From: an uncultured Candidatus Rokubacteria bacterium
GTDB lineage: Bacteria; Methylomirabilota; Methylomirabilia; Rokubacteriales; CSP1-6
Assembly (NCBI GenBank): GCA_963754315.1
Contig: CAVWFS010000014.1
Coordinates: forward strand, 1-64,000
Reading direction: 5' to 3'
Length of the DNA stretch: 64,000 nt
In this document: piece by piece, positions 20,726 to 29,981 of the stretch
How positions within the stretch are numbered: position 1 is the stretch's first letter
How the letters are laid out: every line of letters begins with the position of its first letter
Program-made: the position numbers and the translations under genes
Notes under the pieces: model-generated
What the model was told of the DNA's origin: nothing
Database searches by the model: none
What the model saw: the letters and a program-made list of their open reading frames with translations, nothing else

Positions 20726-21903
20726 GCACCGCGGCGCATCCCTACGTCCTCTCGCCTGAGCTTCTGACGTTTCGCGACTTCACGCGCGAGCCGCCGGGAG
20801 TGTGGCTGTGGCCGGGCGGGTCGGAGAGGTTCGTGCGAGTGGCAGGCGCAGTTCATGATGTCCTCGCCCCGGACGGCCCGTGCCTGGCCGGCCTCGACGT
20901 CGACCACGCCGAGGCCCTGCGCCGGCTGGGGATCCTGCTCGACGCCGAGACCTTCGATACATACACCGAGCGAGTGGCCACGGCGCTCGGCCTCCTGACC
21001 GACCACTGTCTGGTGGAGGCGGCCGCCGAGCTGCATCGCGCCCACCTGGCGGCACCCGGGTTGACGACAGCCTTGCTGATGGAGGCATTCACGCTCAGGA
21101 GGGCCGGAGCCCGTCGGTCCAGCCGTGCCTTGCTCGAGCAATATCTCGCTCGCTGGCCCGGCGATCCCGCGGCCACGGCCCTTGTCGCCGCCGACGAGCA
21201 GGGCTCGGTCGGGGATCAGCGAGGGCGCGTGATGGTCCTCGCTCCGTCGGCTCAACTGGCCCACGAGCTCGCCCGTCGGGCGAACGCGTGCGTGGAACGG
21301 ATCAGGGGTCTCTGTGGCTATCCGCCGAATCCCACCCTGCTCGTCAGGGTCACCGAGACCGTCGAAGGGGGTGGGCGATGCCTGCGGGGCGGCTCTCCGT
21401 TTGCCCGGCTGATCGAGCTGAGCGCAGACGGGCTCGACGATTCCACGCTCCTCGCCCACGAGCTCGTCCACGCCACCTTGTCCAGCGGGAACCTCGCCTT
21501 CACGGAAGGGCTCGCGCTGCACGTCTCGGCTAGGCTCCGGACCCCGTGGGGCGACGCGAGCCCAGGTGCGCTCGAGTGGCTGGCCGCGGAGGGCGACGTC
21601 GACGACGAGCTCGAACACCTCTTCCTCGATATCGACACCCAGAGAGAAGCCTTCGATCGTACGTGGCAGGCAGGGCCGCGCGTGTCGGGGACGAAGCCGC
21701 GCGCCCACTGGCTCGCCTTCCTCGGCACCACTGCTCTCGTAGCCCGCGTCGGTCTGGTCGCACTCGTGGACTATTTTCGGTGGCTGCGCGATCCCACACC
21801 GGCGCCCGTCCTCGCCACCCAGGAGCAGCTCTTTCGGCTTCACTTCGGCCGCTCGCTGCGTGCGGCGCTCCGGTCGACAGGCCCGAGCCAGGTCGCCCCG
21901 TAA
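20722..21903 (+). CDS. HExxH metalloprotein, probable zincin (gluzincin-like) peptidase with a possible N-terminal RRE-like domain
   Basis: LAHELVHA followed shortly by FTEGLA; N-terminal domain ends EALRRLGILLD; coupled to the dehydrogenase by an ATGA overlap. Confidence 0.68.
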   Translation: MSTAAHPYVLSPELLTFRDFTREPPGVWLWPGGSERFVRVAGAVHDVLAPDGPCLAGLDVDHAEALRRLGILLDAETFDTYTERVATALGLLTDHCLVEAAAELHRAHLAAPGLTTALLMEAFTLRRAGARRSSRALLEQYLARWPGDPAATALVAADEQGSVGDQRGRVMVLAPSAQLAHELARRANACVERIRGLCGYPPNPTLLVRVTETVEGGGRCLRGGSPFARLIELSADGLDDSTLLAHELVHATLSSGNLAFTEGLALHVSARLRTPWGDASPGALEWLAAEGDVDDELEHLFLDIDTQREAFDRTWQAGPRVSGTKPRAHWLAFLGTTALVARVGLVALVDYFRWLRDPTPAPVLATQEQLFRLHFGRSLRAALRSTGPSQVAP

Positions 21904-21905
21904 CC

Positions 21906-22799
21906 ATGCTTGCCGTCGAGGCCGGCAATCTGCACAAGGCCCGAGGCGGCCAACCGGCCTTGGTCGGGGTCAGCCTGCAGGTCGAAGCTGGAGAGGTTCT
22001 GAGCATCGTCGGGCCGAACGGTGCGGGTAAGAGCACCTTGCTCGAGATCTTGCAGGGGCTCGCCCGGCCCGACCGCGGGCAGGTTGCCGTCCTCGGCGAG
22101 GATCCGGCGCGCTTCACGCCGGCCACGCGCGCGCGTGTGGGAATCTTCCTCCAGCAACCCGGACTCCCCGCGCGGCTCACCGTTTCCGAGGTGCTCGCGC
22201 TGTTCGCTCTGTGCTATCGGAGCCGCCGCTCGCTCGACCAGCTCCTGGAGCGATTCCGACTGGTCGAGATCCGGCACGTGCAGGTGCGCTACCTCTCGCA
22301 AGGCCAACGGTTGCGCGTATCCCTGGCGCTCGCCTTCGTGCGGAGGTTCGACGTCATGCTTCTCGATGAGCCCATGGCCCACATCGACCCGGAGGGTCGG
22401 GTCGCTCTCTGGGAGGAAATCCGCACCGCCCGGCAGGCCGGCGCCGCGGTGATCTATTCCACGCACATGCTCGACGAGCTGCCGACACGATGCGACCGCC
22501 TCCTTGTGCTGAGCGCTGGCCGCACCGTCGTGTGCGCGTCGCCCCAGGAGCTCCTTGCGCCCTACGCTGGTCTCACCAAGCTCGAGTTGCGCGGGCTCGA
22601 TCCGAACATCGGTGCGTCCCTCGCGGCCATGCCCGGGGTCGTCCGCGTCGAAGGTCAGCGTGGGGTCGTGGTCCTCCACTGTCGTGACAGCAGTCGGGCC
22701 ATCGCGTGGCTCGCACCGCACACCCCTGCCCTCTCGCTCGTGGCTGGCCCCGTCACCTTCGAAGACGTCGTGCGCGCGCTGACAAAGGAGCATCGATGA
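21906..22799 (+). CDS. ABC-2 exporter ATP-binding subunit
   Basis: GPNGAGKS, LSQGQ, LLDEP, STH. Confidence 0.93.
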   Translation: MLAVEAGNLHKARGGQPALVGVSLQVEAGEVLSIVGPNGAGKSTLLEILQGLARPDRGQVAVLGEDPARFTPATRARVGIFLQQPGLPARLTVSEVLALFALCYRSRRSLDQLLERFRLVEIRHVQVRYLSQGQRLRVSLALAFVRRFDVMLLDEPMAHIDPEGRVALWEEIRTARQAGAAVIYSTHMLDELPTRCDRLLVLSAGRTVVCASPQELLAPYAGLTKLELRGLDPNIGASLAAMPGVVRVEGQRGVVVLHCRDSSRAIAWLAPHTPALSLVAGPVTFEDVVRALTKEHR

Positions 22800-23575
22800 C
22801 CACGCGGGTGATACTGGCCTTCGCCGCCGCCCAGATCCGGAGCTATCGTCGCGAACCCCTCGCCCTCGGCTGGACGGTGTTCTTCCCGGCGCTCCTGTTG
22901 CTGGTCCTCGGTACCTTCGACACACGCACGCCGGCCGCAGGGGCGATCAGTGGAGAGACCTGGAGCGCCCGACACGACCACGCATTTCTCCTGATGGGGA
23001 TCGTCGGCATGAACGTCGTCTCGGTAGGGCTCTTCGGGCTCGGCCTGGTCTTGGTTCAGCTTCGTGCGATCGGCTTTTTCCGTCGCCTAGCCCTGACACC
23101 GCAGCCGCCGAGGGTCTTCATCGCGGGACAGGTGCTCGCCACGACCACGGTCGTGCTCATGACAACCTTGGTGCTCCTGGTGACCGGAGGCTTGGCGTTC
23201 GGGATTCGCCAGCCGGCCCGGCTCGCTCAATGGAGCGCCTTCCTTGTGCTCGGCACCGGAGTCTTCCTCGGGATCGGTTTCGCGCTGGCGGCCACCGTGC
23301 GCGAGACCCGTACCGCCCAGATGATCGGCAACCTGGCGTTCCTGGTCCTGGTGTTCCTCGGCGGGGTGTGGTACCCGATCCACGTTCTGCCTGAGACGGT
23401 GCAGTGGGTGGGCCTGATGCTGCCCCTGCCTCACCTCTTGCAGGCTCTTCGAGTGACCGCCATGCCCGGTCACGACCAGGTCGCGCTGGGCGCCTCGGCC
23501 GCGGTCCTCGTCGGGTGGTGCCTCGCCGGATCGGTCATCGCCGTCGTGCGTTTTCGGTGGAACGACCCGCAATAG
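22796..23575 (+). CDS. ABC-2 exporter permease
   Basis: About 6 TM segments, FFRRLALTP, FLGGVWYPIHVLP; ATGA overlap with the ATPase. Confidence 0.9.
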   Translation: MTTRVILAFAAAQIRSYRREPLALGWTVFFPALLLLVLGTFDTRTPAAGAISGETWSARHDHAFLLMGIVGMNVVSVGLFGLGLVLVQLRAIGFFRRLALTPQPPRVFIAGQVLATTTVVLMTTLVLLVTGGLAFGIRQPARLAQWSAFLVLGTGVFLGIGFALAATVRETRTAQMIGNLAFLVLVFLGGVWYPIHVLPETVQWVGLMLPLPHLLQALRVTAMPGHDQVALGASAAVLVGWCLAGSVIAVVRFRWNDPQ

Positions 23576-23580
23576 CGGCC

Positions 23581-24258
23581 TCAAGGCTTCAGGCGGCCCA
23601 GCACGAAGAGGGCGCTGGTCGGCTGCGCCAGGCCAGGAGCACCGAAGAAGCGGGTGTTGATCTCTTCATCGCGATGGCGCGGCGCCTCGCGGTAGCTGGT
23701 GCCGACGTACGCGCCGGGCATGACCATCGAGGGTCGGTGCAGGTCAAGATGCGGGTAGAGGCGTTCCGCCGCGCGATGGGCCAGGTCCTCGAGACTCGGG
23801 TCGCTCAGTCCCTGCCGAAACAAATCCGGGACCATCGCCTCGCAAACACGGTAGTTCGCCATGTAGATGATCGGATTGCGGGTGCGAAGGGCGAGATGCA
23901 ATCGGCCACCGTTGGGCGCCAGGTCGAGCCGCAGTCGACGCGTAAACGCGGTCCACACTCCGCGCCCCTGGACGGCCGGAATCACGTTGGTCGTCTCCCG
24001 GTGAACGATGAGGACAGAGTCGAGGACAATTCGCCGGTACACGCTGAACGCCACGAGCTCGCCGCCGTGCGAGTGGCCCAGAAGCAACCCCGCGTCGGGA
24101 GCAAACACCCAGGGCTCCAGACGCTGGAACACGTCGGCCGGTTTGCGCCAGATCCGGTTGGTGATCGAATCGAAATGCGCGAGAAGAGACTGCCGCGCCG
24201 CCGGAGCCAGGGTGCCGGCGTCGATGATGTGGCTGACGGCGATGTCGCGAGTGTCCAT
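23581..24258 (-). CDS. GNAT-like acyltransferase-fold protein
   Basis: ELVAFS strand and VIPAVQGRGV (acetyl-CoA-binding QxxGx motif A); convergent with the RiPP operon. Confidence 0.62.
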   Translation of the reverse strand: MDTRDIAVSHIIDAGTLAPAARQSLLAHFDSITNRIWRKPADVFQRLEPWVFAPDAGLLLGHSHGGELVAFSVYRRIVLDSVLIVHRETTNVIPAVQGRGVWTAFTRRLRLDLAPNGGRLHLALRTRNPIIYMANYRVCEAMVPDLFRQGLSDPSLEDLAHRAAERLYPHLDLHRPSMVMPGAYVGTSYREAPRHRDEEINTRFFGAPGLAQPTSALFVLGRLKP

Positions 24259-24333
24259 GGGCGACCATCTCCCAATCCTGGGCTGGATCTCACCTCACCG
24301 CAGCATGTCCAAGTTCCATGCCGCGGCTGTCTA

Positions 24334-25662
24334 GTGGAAGATCCGTCACTGGCCAGCATCCTCCGTCGTTGCCGCGCGCACCGAGTGCGCCTCGTTCGCT
24401 TTCTCTATTGCGGGCTGGACGGTGTCGTCCGGGGCCGAGCCTGTCACGTGGATTTCCTGAAAGAGGCCCTCACATCAGGAATCGCGATCAACGCCGCGCT
24501 GCTCACCTTCAACAGCTTCGATCGTCCGGTGACCGATAGCCCTCTCCCGGCCCAGGGATCGATCTATCTCGTGCCTGCTCGAGAAACCTTCGCGGTGCTG
24601 CCCTACGCCGAGGGTTGCGCGAACGTCTATTGCGACCTGGTCAACCCGGATGGTGCCCCGTTCCAGGCGTGTCCGCGGACATTTCTCCGTCGCATGCTTG
24701 CCCGCGCCCGCGCCGCGGGCTTCGCATATCGTGCCGCGTTCGAGACCGAGTTCTTCTTGCTCCACCCCGCCGGAACCGGCCACGTCCCGTTTGATCTGAG
24801 CCCGGCCTTGTCCAGCCGGGCCATGGACGCGGCCGCCGGTGTCATGACCGCCATCGTCGACGCGCTTGTCGATCAGGGGGTCCCCGTCGAGTTCTACGGC
24901 GCCGAAGCAGGTCGCGGGCAACACGAGCTGGTGGTCCGCTTCGACGATGCGTTGCGCGCGGCCGACCTGCAGCTGGCCGTCCGAGAAACCACACGAGCAG
25001 TCGCCGCGAACCGTGGGCTCCTCGCGTCGTTGGCGCCGAAGCCCCTGGCGGACAACATGGGAAACGGTAGCCACGTCCACAGCAGCCTCTGGAGCCTCGG
25101 GGGCCGAGCCAATCTCTTTCACGCTCCGCGCGGGCCGGCGCGCCTGTCGCGGCTCGCCGGGCGGTTTGTCGGTGGCATTCTTCACCACCTGTCGGCCCTG
25201 ATCGCCCTGACCGCGCCAAGCGTGGATTCCTTTCGGCGCTTCGTCCCTCGGCTGAACGCCGGGTCGTGTCGCGCGTGGGGCCTCGAGAACCGCGAAGCCG
25301 CGGTGCGCATACCGCGAGCGCGGGCGTCGACCGCGCGGCAGTCCGTCAACGTGGAGTTCAGACCGTGCGATGCGTCCTGCAACCCCTACCTTGCGCTGGG
25401 CGCCCTCCTCGCCGCCGGGTTGGATGGCATCGCCGGCCGGCGCGATCCCGGCCCGGCGCTCGACGTGGATCCGAACACGCTGTCGGACAGCGAGCTTGGC
25501 CAGCGACGCATCGGACCGCTTCCCGCATCCCTCACCGAGGCCCTCGAGCATCTCGAGACCGACGACATGCTGGCCGCGGCGCTGGGTCCCACCCTGTTGC
25601 GCGCGTTCCTCGCTCTCAAGCGGTCGGAGCTTCGCGACCGTGAGGTGGTCTCGGCCTCGTGA
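24334..25662 (+). CDS. Glutamine synthetase-like (probable gamma-glutamyl-amine ligase)
   Basis: FETEFFL, EAGRGQHE, PKPLADNMGNGSHVHSSLW, WGLENREAAVRIP, VEFRPCDASCNPYLA; GTG start is tentative. Confidence 0.88.
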   Translation: MEDPSLASILRRCRAHRVRLVRFLYCGLDGVVRGRACHVDFLKEALTSGIAINAALLTFNSFDRPVTDSPLPAQGSIYLVPARETFAVLPYAEGCANVYCDLVNPDGAPFQACPRTFLRRMLARARAAGFAYRAAFETEFFLLHPAGTGHVPFDLSPALSSRAMDAAAGVMTAIVDALVDQGVPVEFYGAEAGRGQHELVVRFDDALRAADLQLAVRETTRAVAANRGLLASLAPKPLADNMGNGSHVHSSLWSLGGRANLFHAPRGPARLSRLAGRFVGGILHHLSALIALTAPSVDSFRRFVPRLNAGSCRAWGLENREAAVRIPRARASTARQSVNVEFRPCDASCNPYLALGALLAAGLDGIAGRRDPGPALDVDPNTLSDSELGQRRIGPLPASLTEALEHLETDDMLAAALGPTLLRAFLALKRSELRDREVVSAS

Positions 25663-25723
25663 AGGATAGCCATCCCCGTCATGGCTGGACATGATCGGGG
25701 AAGTCGGCCAAGCTGGACGTACC

Positions 25724-25966
25724 ATGCGCACACCAGCCAAAGGACGAGCGGCAACCTTCAGCGCGAGGCACATCGCGGGGCTTTTCATCTTCTACGCGAT
25801 CCTCGCCTTCTGCATCCTGACCTTCACGTTCTTCTACATCTTCGACATGGGCGAGTTGCGCCTGGTGACCGCCCTGACCCTCGCCTTCGCCATTGTCGCC
25901 ACCGTCGTCCATGTGAAGTCGGGCCGGCGCGATCGGGTCGATCAGCTGATCGAGAAGGGTCCCTAG
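25724..25966 (+). CDS. Small two-TM membrane protein
   Basis: 80 aa with two hydrophobic helices and a charged tail. Confidence 0.55.
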   Translation: MRTPAKGRAATFSARHIAGLFIFYAILAFCILTFTFFYIFDMGELRLVTALTLAFAIVATVVHVKSGRRDRVDQLIEKGP

Positions 25967-26016
25967 CCCTGTCGCCTGCCTCCGACCGCATCCGGGCGCG
26001 GCCACCGGAGCGCCGG

Positions 26017-28205
26017 ATGGCGGGCCTGATTCCGGATCTGGCGGCGGGCAGTGTCTCGGCGTTCGTCACGCTCAGTTACTCCGTCAGTTACGCCGCGCTC
26101 GTCTTCAGCGGGCCCGCGCTCGGACCCATCCTGCCTGCTGGTCTGCACGTGGCGCTGATCGCCGCTGCCCTGGTGGCCTTCGTGGTCGCGCTCCGTAGCT
26201 CCGTGCCCTACGCCATTGGCGGGCCGGACTCCAACGCCACCGCCGTGCTGGCCATCATGGCCGCGAGTGTGGCCGCTCTTCTGGCCGCGCGCGGCGTTGG
26301 GCACCAGCGGGTGGCGGAGGCGGTACTGCTGATGCTGGCGGCCAGCGCGGTCCTGACCGGACTCCTGGTGTTTCTGCTGGGCAGGCTGCGCTGGGGCCGG
26401 CTGGTTCGCTTGCTGCCGTACCCGGTCGCGGGCGGATTTCTGGCGGGCTCCGGCTTCCTCGTGTTGTCCGGTGCGTTCAAGGTCCTCACCGGCCAGTCGC
26501 TTACGTGGGGCGGGCTGCTCGTGCTGCCAGCGGTGCCGGGGCTGGCCTGGATCACGGCATTGACAGTGGCGGCCGCCCTGCTGATCGTTCCCCGGTTCTA
26601 CCGGCACTTCTTCCTGCTGCCGGGAGTGATCGCGGCCGGCGTCCTTGGTTTCTATGTGGGACTGGCGCTTCTCGGCGGAAGCTTGAACGCCGCCCGCGCC
26701 CAGGGACTGCTGATGACACCCATCGAAGAGGGCGCGCGCGTGTGGTCCTGGCGATTCGCGAGCGACGCGCCCTGGGACGTCCTCGCCACGGAGTGGAAGA
26801 GCCTTCTGGCGATGATCGTGGTCGTCATCGTCACCATTCTCTTGAACGCGGCTGGTCTCGAGCTGGCCACGCACCGTGAGCTCGATCTGGACCGTGAGCT
26901 TCGGGCCAGCGGACTCGCCAACCTGGCCTCCGGAGTCGCTGGGGGCATGGTCGGGTATCTCTCAGTCAGCCGGAGCCTGCTGAACTATCACGCCGGCGCG
27001 GTGTCGCGCACGGCCGGGATCTGGACAGCCGTGCTCTGCGCGGCCGTTGCCTTGTTCTTCACTCCGATGGTTTTCTATGCGCCGCGGCCAGTTCTGGCCG
27101 GCCTGCTGATCTATCTGGGGCTCGCGTTGCTCCGCGAATGGCTCTGGGACGCGTTCTTCAAGCTCCCCCTCCGCGAGTACGTGGTCATCGTCGCCATCCT
27201 TGTGCTGGTCGCTCTGCAGGGAATCATCACGGGTGTCGCCTTTGGTCTCCTCGTCGCCTCGGGCTTCTTCGCCTATAGCTACAGCCGCACGAACTACATT
27301 CGTCACAGCCTCTCCGGCAGCACGCACCGCTCCAACAAGGAACGATCGCTGGAAGAAACGGTGGCGCTGCGCGACGCGTGGGGGTATCGCGCGGGCGCTG
27401 TGTCTGCAGGGGTACCTGTTCTTCGCGCTTGCCAGCGGTCTCGTCGAGACCTGCCGCGAGCTGATCACCCGCGAAGGGGTGCGCTACCTGCTCCTCGACT
27501 TCCGGATGGTGCAAGGCCTGGATGCCTCGGCCGCCCTGGGCTTCGCCAAGCTCCACCAGCTGTGCGCGCGGAGCGCAGGTGACCTTGGTGCTCAGCGGCT
27601 TGCGGCCCGAGCTACAGGCAGTCCTCGAGCAAATGCGCTTCCTGCCTCATCCCGAGATTCACGTCGTGGCGGACCTCGACTATGGTCTCGAGTGGGTCGA
27701 GGACAGGGTGCTGGCGGCTGCCCCCGTCTCGCCGGGCGTCGTTTCTGGGAACGTGGTCGGCCCGGCGCAGGAGGTTGACCTCCGCCACGTCCTGGCCACT
27801 CAGTTCTCGCCGGGCGCGCTGGAGATCCTGCTCGGCCTGTGCGAGACGGTGGAGCTGGAGCCGGGAGCGACTCTGATTCGGCATGGGGATCCAGGAGACG
27901 CGCTCTACTTCGTCGAGCGGGGAGTGGTCTCGGTCCAGATGCCGCTCGCCGACGAACAGCACAAACGAGTGCGGGCGCTCGCGCCAGGCACCATCGTGGG
28001 CGAGATGGCCCTCTACTCGGGCCAGCCGCGTTCCGCCGATGTCGTGGCGGCAACCGCGTGCCGCGTTCGCCGGCTCACCGCCGAGCGCTTCGCACGTCTG
28101 CAACGCGACCATCCCATGGTGGCCAACCAGTTCCACCGCTTCGTGGTCACCCTGCTCTCCGAGCGTCTCTCCGCCGCCAACGACGAGATCCGGGCGTTAT
28201 TGTGA
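26017..28205 (+). CDS. SulP-family anion permease with STAS and cNMP-binding domains (frameshifts ~27379, ~27570)
   Basis: IGGPDS, LPYPVAGGFLAG, DLDREL...GLANL in frame 1; LQGYLFF...LDFRMVQGLDASA (STAS) in frame 2; GDALYFVERG...VGEMALYSGQPRSADV (cNMP) in frame 3. Confidence 0.88.
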
Positions 28206-28208
28206 TAA

Positions 28209-28316
28209 GGGGGGCCTCGAAAGGGCCCCCCTGGCCCCCCTTTGCTCGGCACGCCCCGGGCAACCCGGGGCGCGCCTCGGTCACGCCCGCTTCGGGGCCT
28301 CGATGGGCCCCGGCCC
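28209..28316 (+). repeat. Intergenic palindromic repeat family, copy 1
   Basis: GGGGGGCCTCGAAAGGGCCCCCC...GCTCGGCACGCCCCGGGCAACCCGGGGCGCGCCTCG, followed by a partial second unit. Confidence 0.75.
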
Positions 28317-28973
28317 TTACAAATCCAGGAGGCGGCGGGCGGTTGCCCGGCGCCACTTCGTGGCGTAGTCCTCGTCGAAGAGCAAGCTCTCGTCGGCGCT
28401 GGCCGTTATCCAGCCTCCGCGGGCCAGCTCAGCCTCGAGCTGACCGGGTGCCCAGCCCGCGTAGCCAATGGCGAAGAGCATGCGGCGCGGCCCGGATCCG
28501 CTGGCGATGGCCTCGAGAATCTTCCTGCTCCCGGTGAGCGCCGCCTTGCCCTTGACGACGATGGTGCCCTCGGTGCCGTACTCAGGGGTATGCAGCACGT
28601 ACCCCTTCCCGGTCTCGACGGGTCCGCCCCAGTGCGCGAGTATGCTTCCCTGGATTCCTTCGGACGCGACCCCGAACCGTTCGAGGAGCTGGGCCAGCGA
28701 GACCTCTCCGATGGGGCGATTGACCACCAGGCCCATGGCCCCTCCGGCGTCGTGGCTTACCATGTAGATCACGCTCTCGACGAATCGCGGATCCCGCATC
28801 TCGGGGGCGGCCACCAGAAGACGACCGGTAACGCTCTGGACGGCCGGAGCGCCACCGGGCCCCGGCGTCGACCCCTCCGGCTCGCTCACGAACAGGCCCC
28901 ACATGAGGACTACGCCGACCAGCGCGCCCGCAAGGGCCAGCCCTCGAGGCATCAGCATTCTCACGTTCAGCAT
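28317..28973 (-). CDS. YqgE/AlgH-family protein (DUF179) with N-terminal TM/signal segment
   Basis: GRLLVAAPEMRDPRF, GAMGLVVNRP, GGPVE, GYAGWAPGQLEAEL. Confidence 0.9.
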   Translation of the reverse strand: MLNVRMLMPRGLALAGALVGVVLMWGLFVSEPEGSTPGPGGAPAVQSVTGRLLVAAPEMRDPRFVESVIYMVSHDAGGAMGLVVNRPIGEVSLAQLLERFGVASEGIQGSILAHWGGPVETGKGYVLHTPEYGTEGTIVVKGKAALTGSRKILEAIASGSGPRRMLFAIGYAGWAPGQLEAELARGGWITASADESLLFDEDYATKWRRATARRLLDL

Positions 28974-29112
28974 GACCGAGATGCGCCATGTTACCTCGAA
29001 CCCTTCCGTCTGCACCTCGTCCGCGCAGCGGTGGTAGCATCAGGGCCAGTCGCGTCACCCGTCGCAGAGTGGCGAGTGCGCTCGGCGCGATACTTCGATG
29101 TCAGGGGTTCAC

Positions 29113-29907
29113 ATGCGCGTACTGGTCACGGGAGCGGCGAGCGGGATCGGACGGGCCACGTGCCTGCGACTGGCGCGTGACGCGCGCGCGCAGGGGCGCC
29201 CGGCCGGAGTGGCGGCGGTGGACATACGAGCCTCACCGGAGCTCGAGAAGCTCGCCGGGGAGCTTCGGGGGCTCGGCGTCGAGGCCCTCGCGCTTGCCGG
29301 AGATATGGCAGATGCGGAGGCGCCGGCGCGGGTCGTGGGCGCCGCCGTGGAACACTTCGGCGGGCTCGATGGCGTTGTCAGCAACGCAGGGATCAACCGG
29401 CCGGGGCGGCTGGCAGAGTACACGGTCGAAGACTGGGACCGCGTGTTCGCGGTCAACACGCGAGCGACGTGGTTGCTGGCGCGGGCCGCGTACCCTGCGC
29501 TGAGGGCTTCGCGGGGCGCCCTGGTAGCGGTCGGGTCCATGTCGGGCTCCGAGGCGCATGCCAATCTCGGCGCCTATGGGCCCAGTAAGGCGGCGGTGAT
29601 CATGCTGGCACGCGTGCTGGCACAAGAGTTCGGGCCCGACGGCATCCGCGTCAACACGATCTCCCCGGGCATGGTGCGCACCGGGATGACTGCTGCCGTG
29701 TACACGGACGAGCGCGTGGCCTCTGAGCGCGCGGCCCTCGTGCCTCTCGGGAGAGTGGCGACCCCCGAGGATATGGCCGACGTCATCGCCTTCCTGTTGG
29801 GGCCGGACGCCCGGTACATCACGGGCCACGATCTCATCGTCGATGGCGGTATCACCGGTAACCTGCTCGGGAGGCTGCCGGGCATCGGCCGGATTACACG
29901 GAGCTGA
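29113..29907 (+). CDS. SDR-family oxidoreductase
   Basis: TGAASGIG, SNAG, YGPSK, RVNTISPG. Confidence 0.93.
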   Translation: MRVLVTGAASGIGRATCLRLARDARAQGRPAGVAAVDIRASPELEKLAGELRGLGVEALALAGDMADAEAPARVVGAAVEHFGGLDGVVSNAGINRPGRLAEYTVEDWDRVFAVNTRATWLLARAAYPALRASRGALVAVGSMSGSEAHANLGAYGPSKAAVIMLARVLAQEFGPDGIRVNTISPGMVRTGMTAAVYTDERVASERAALVPLGRVATPEDMADVIAFLLGPDARYITGHDLIVDGGITGNLLGRLPGIGRITRS

Positions 29908-29981
29908 GCGTCGCAGAATCAAGGGCCGACGATCTTCGATCGAGCGTCGGCGCCGCAGCCGCAGAAGGGAGCCGGGTGGCC

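Noticed and set aside
20722..21903. Alpha-ketoglutarate-dependent HExxH hydroxylase of RiPP clusters
   Set aside because: The FTEGLA third-ligand motif fits a gluzincin, and the PWRxxxRP motif is not properly present (only TPWGD). Not fully excluded.
17147..23575. Thiopeptide assignment (acidic DLDL leader, Cys/Ser-rich core)
   Set aside because: There is no split LanB dehydratase or pyridine synthase in or next to the operon. The gene set fits a linear azol(in)e peptide.
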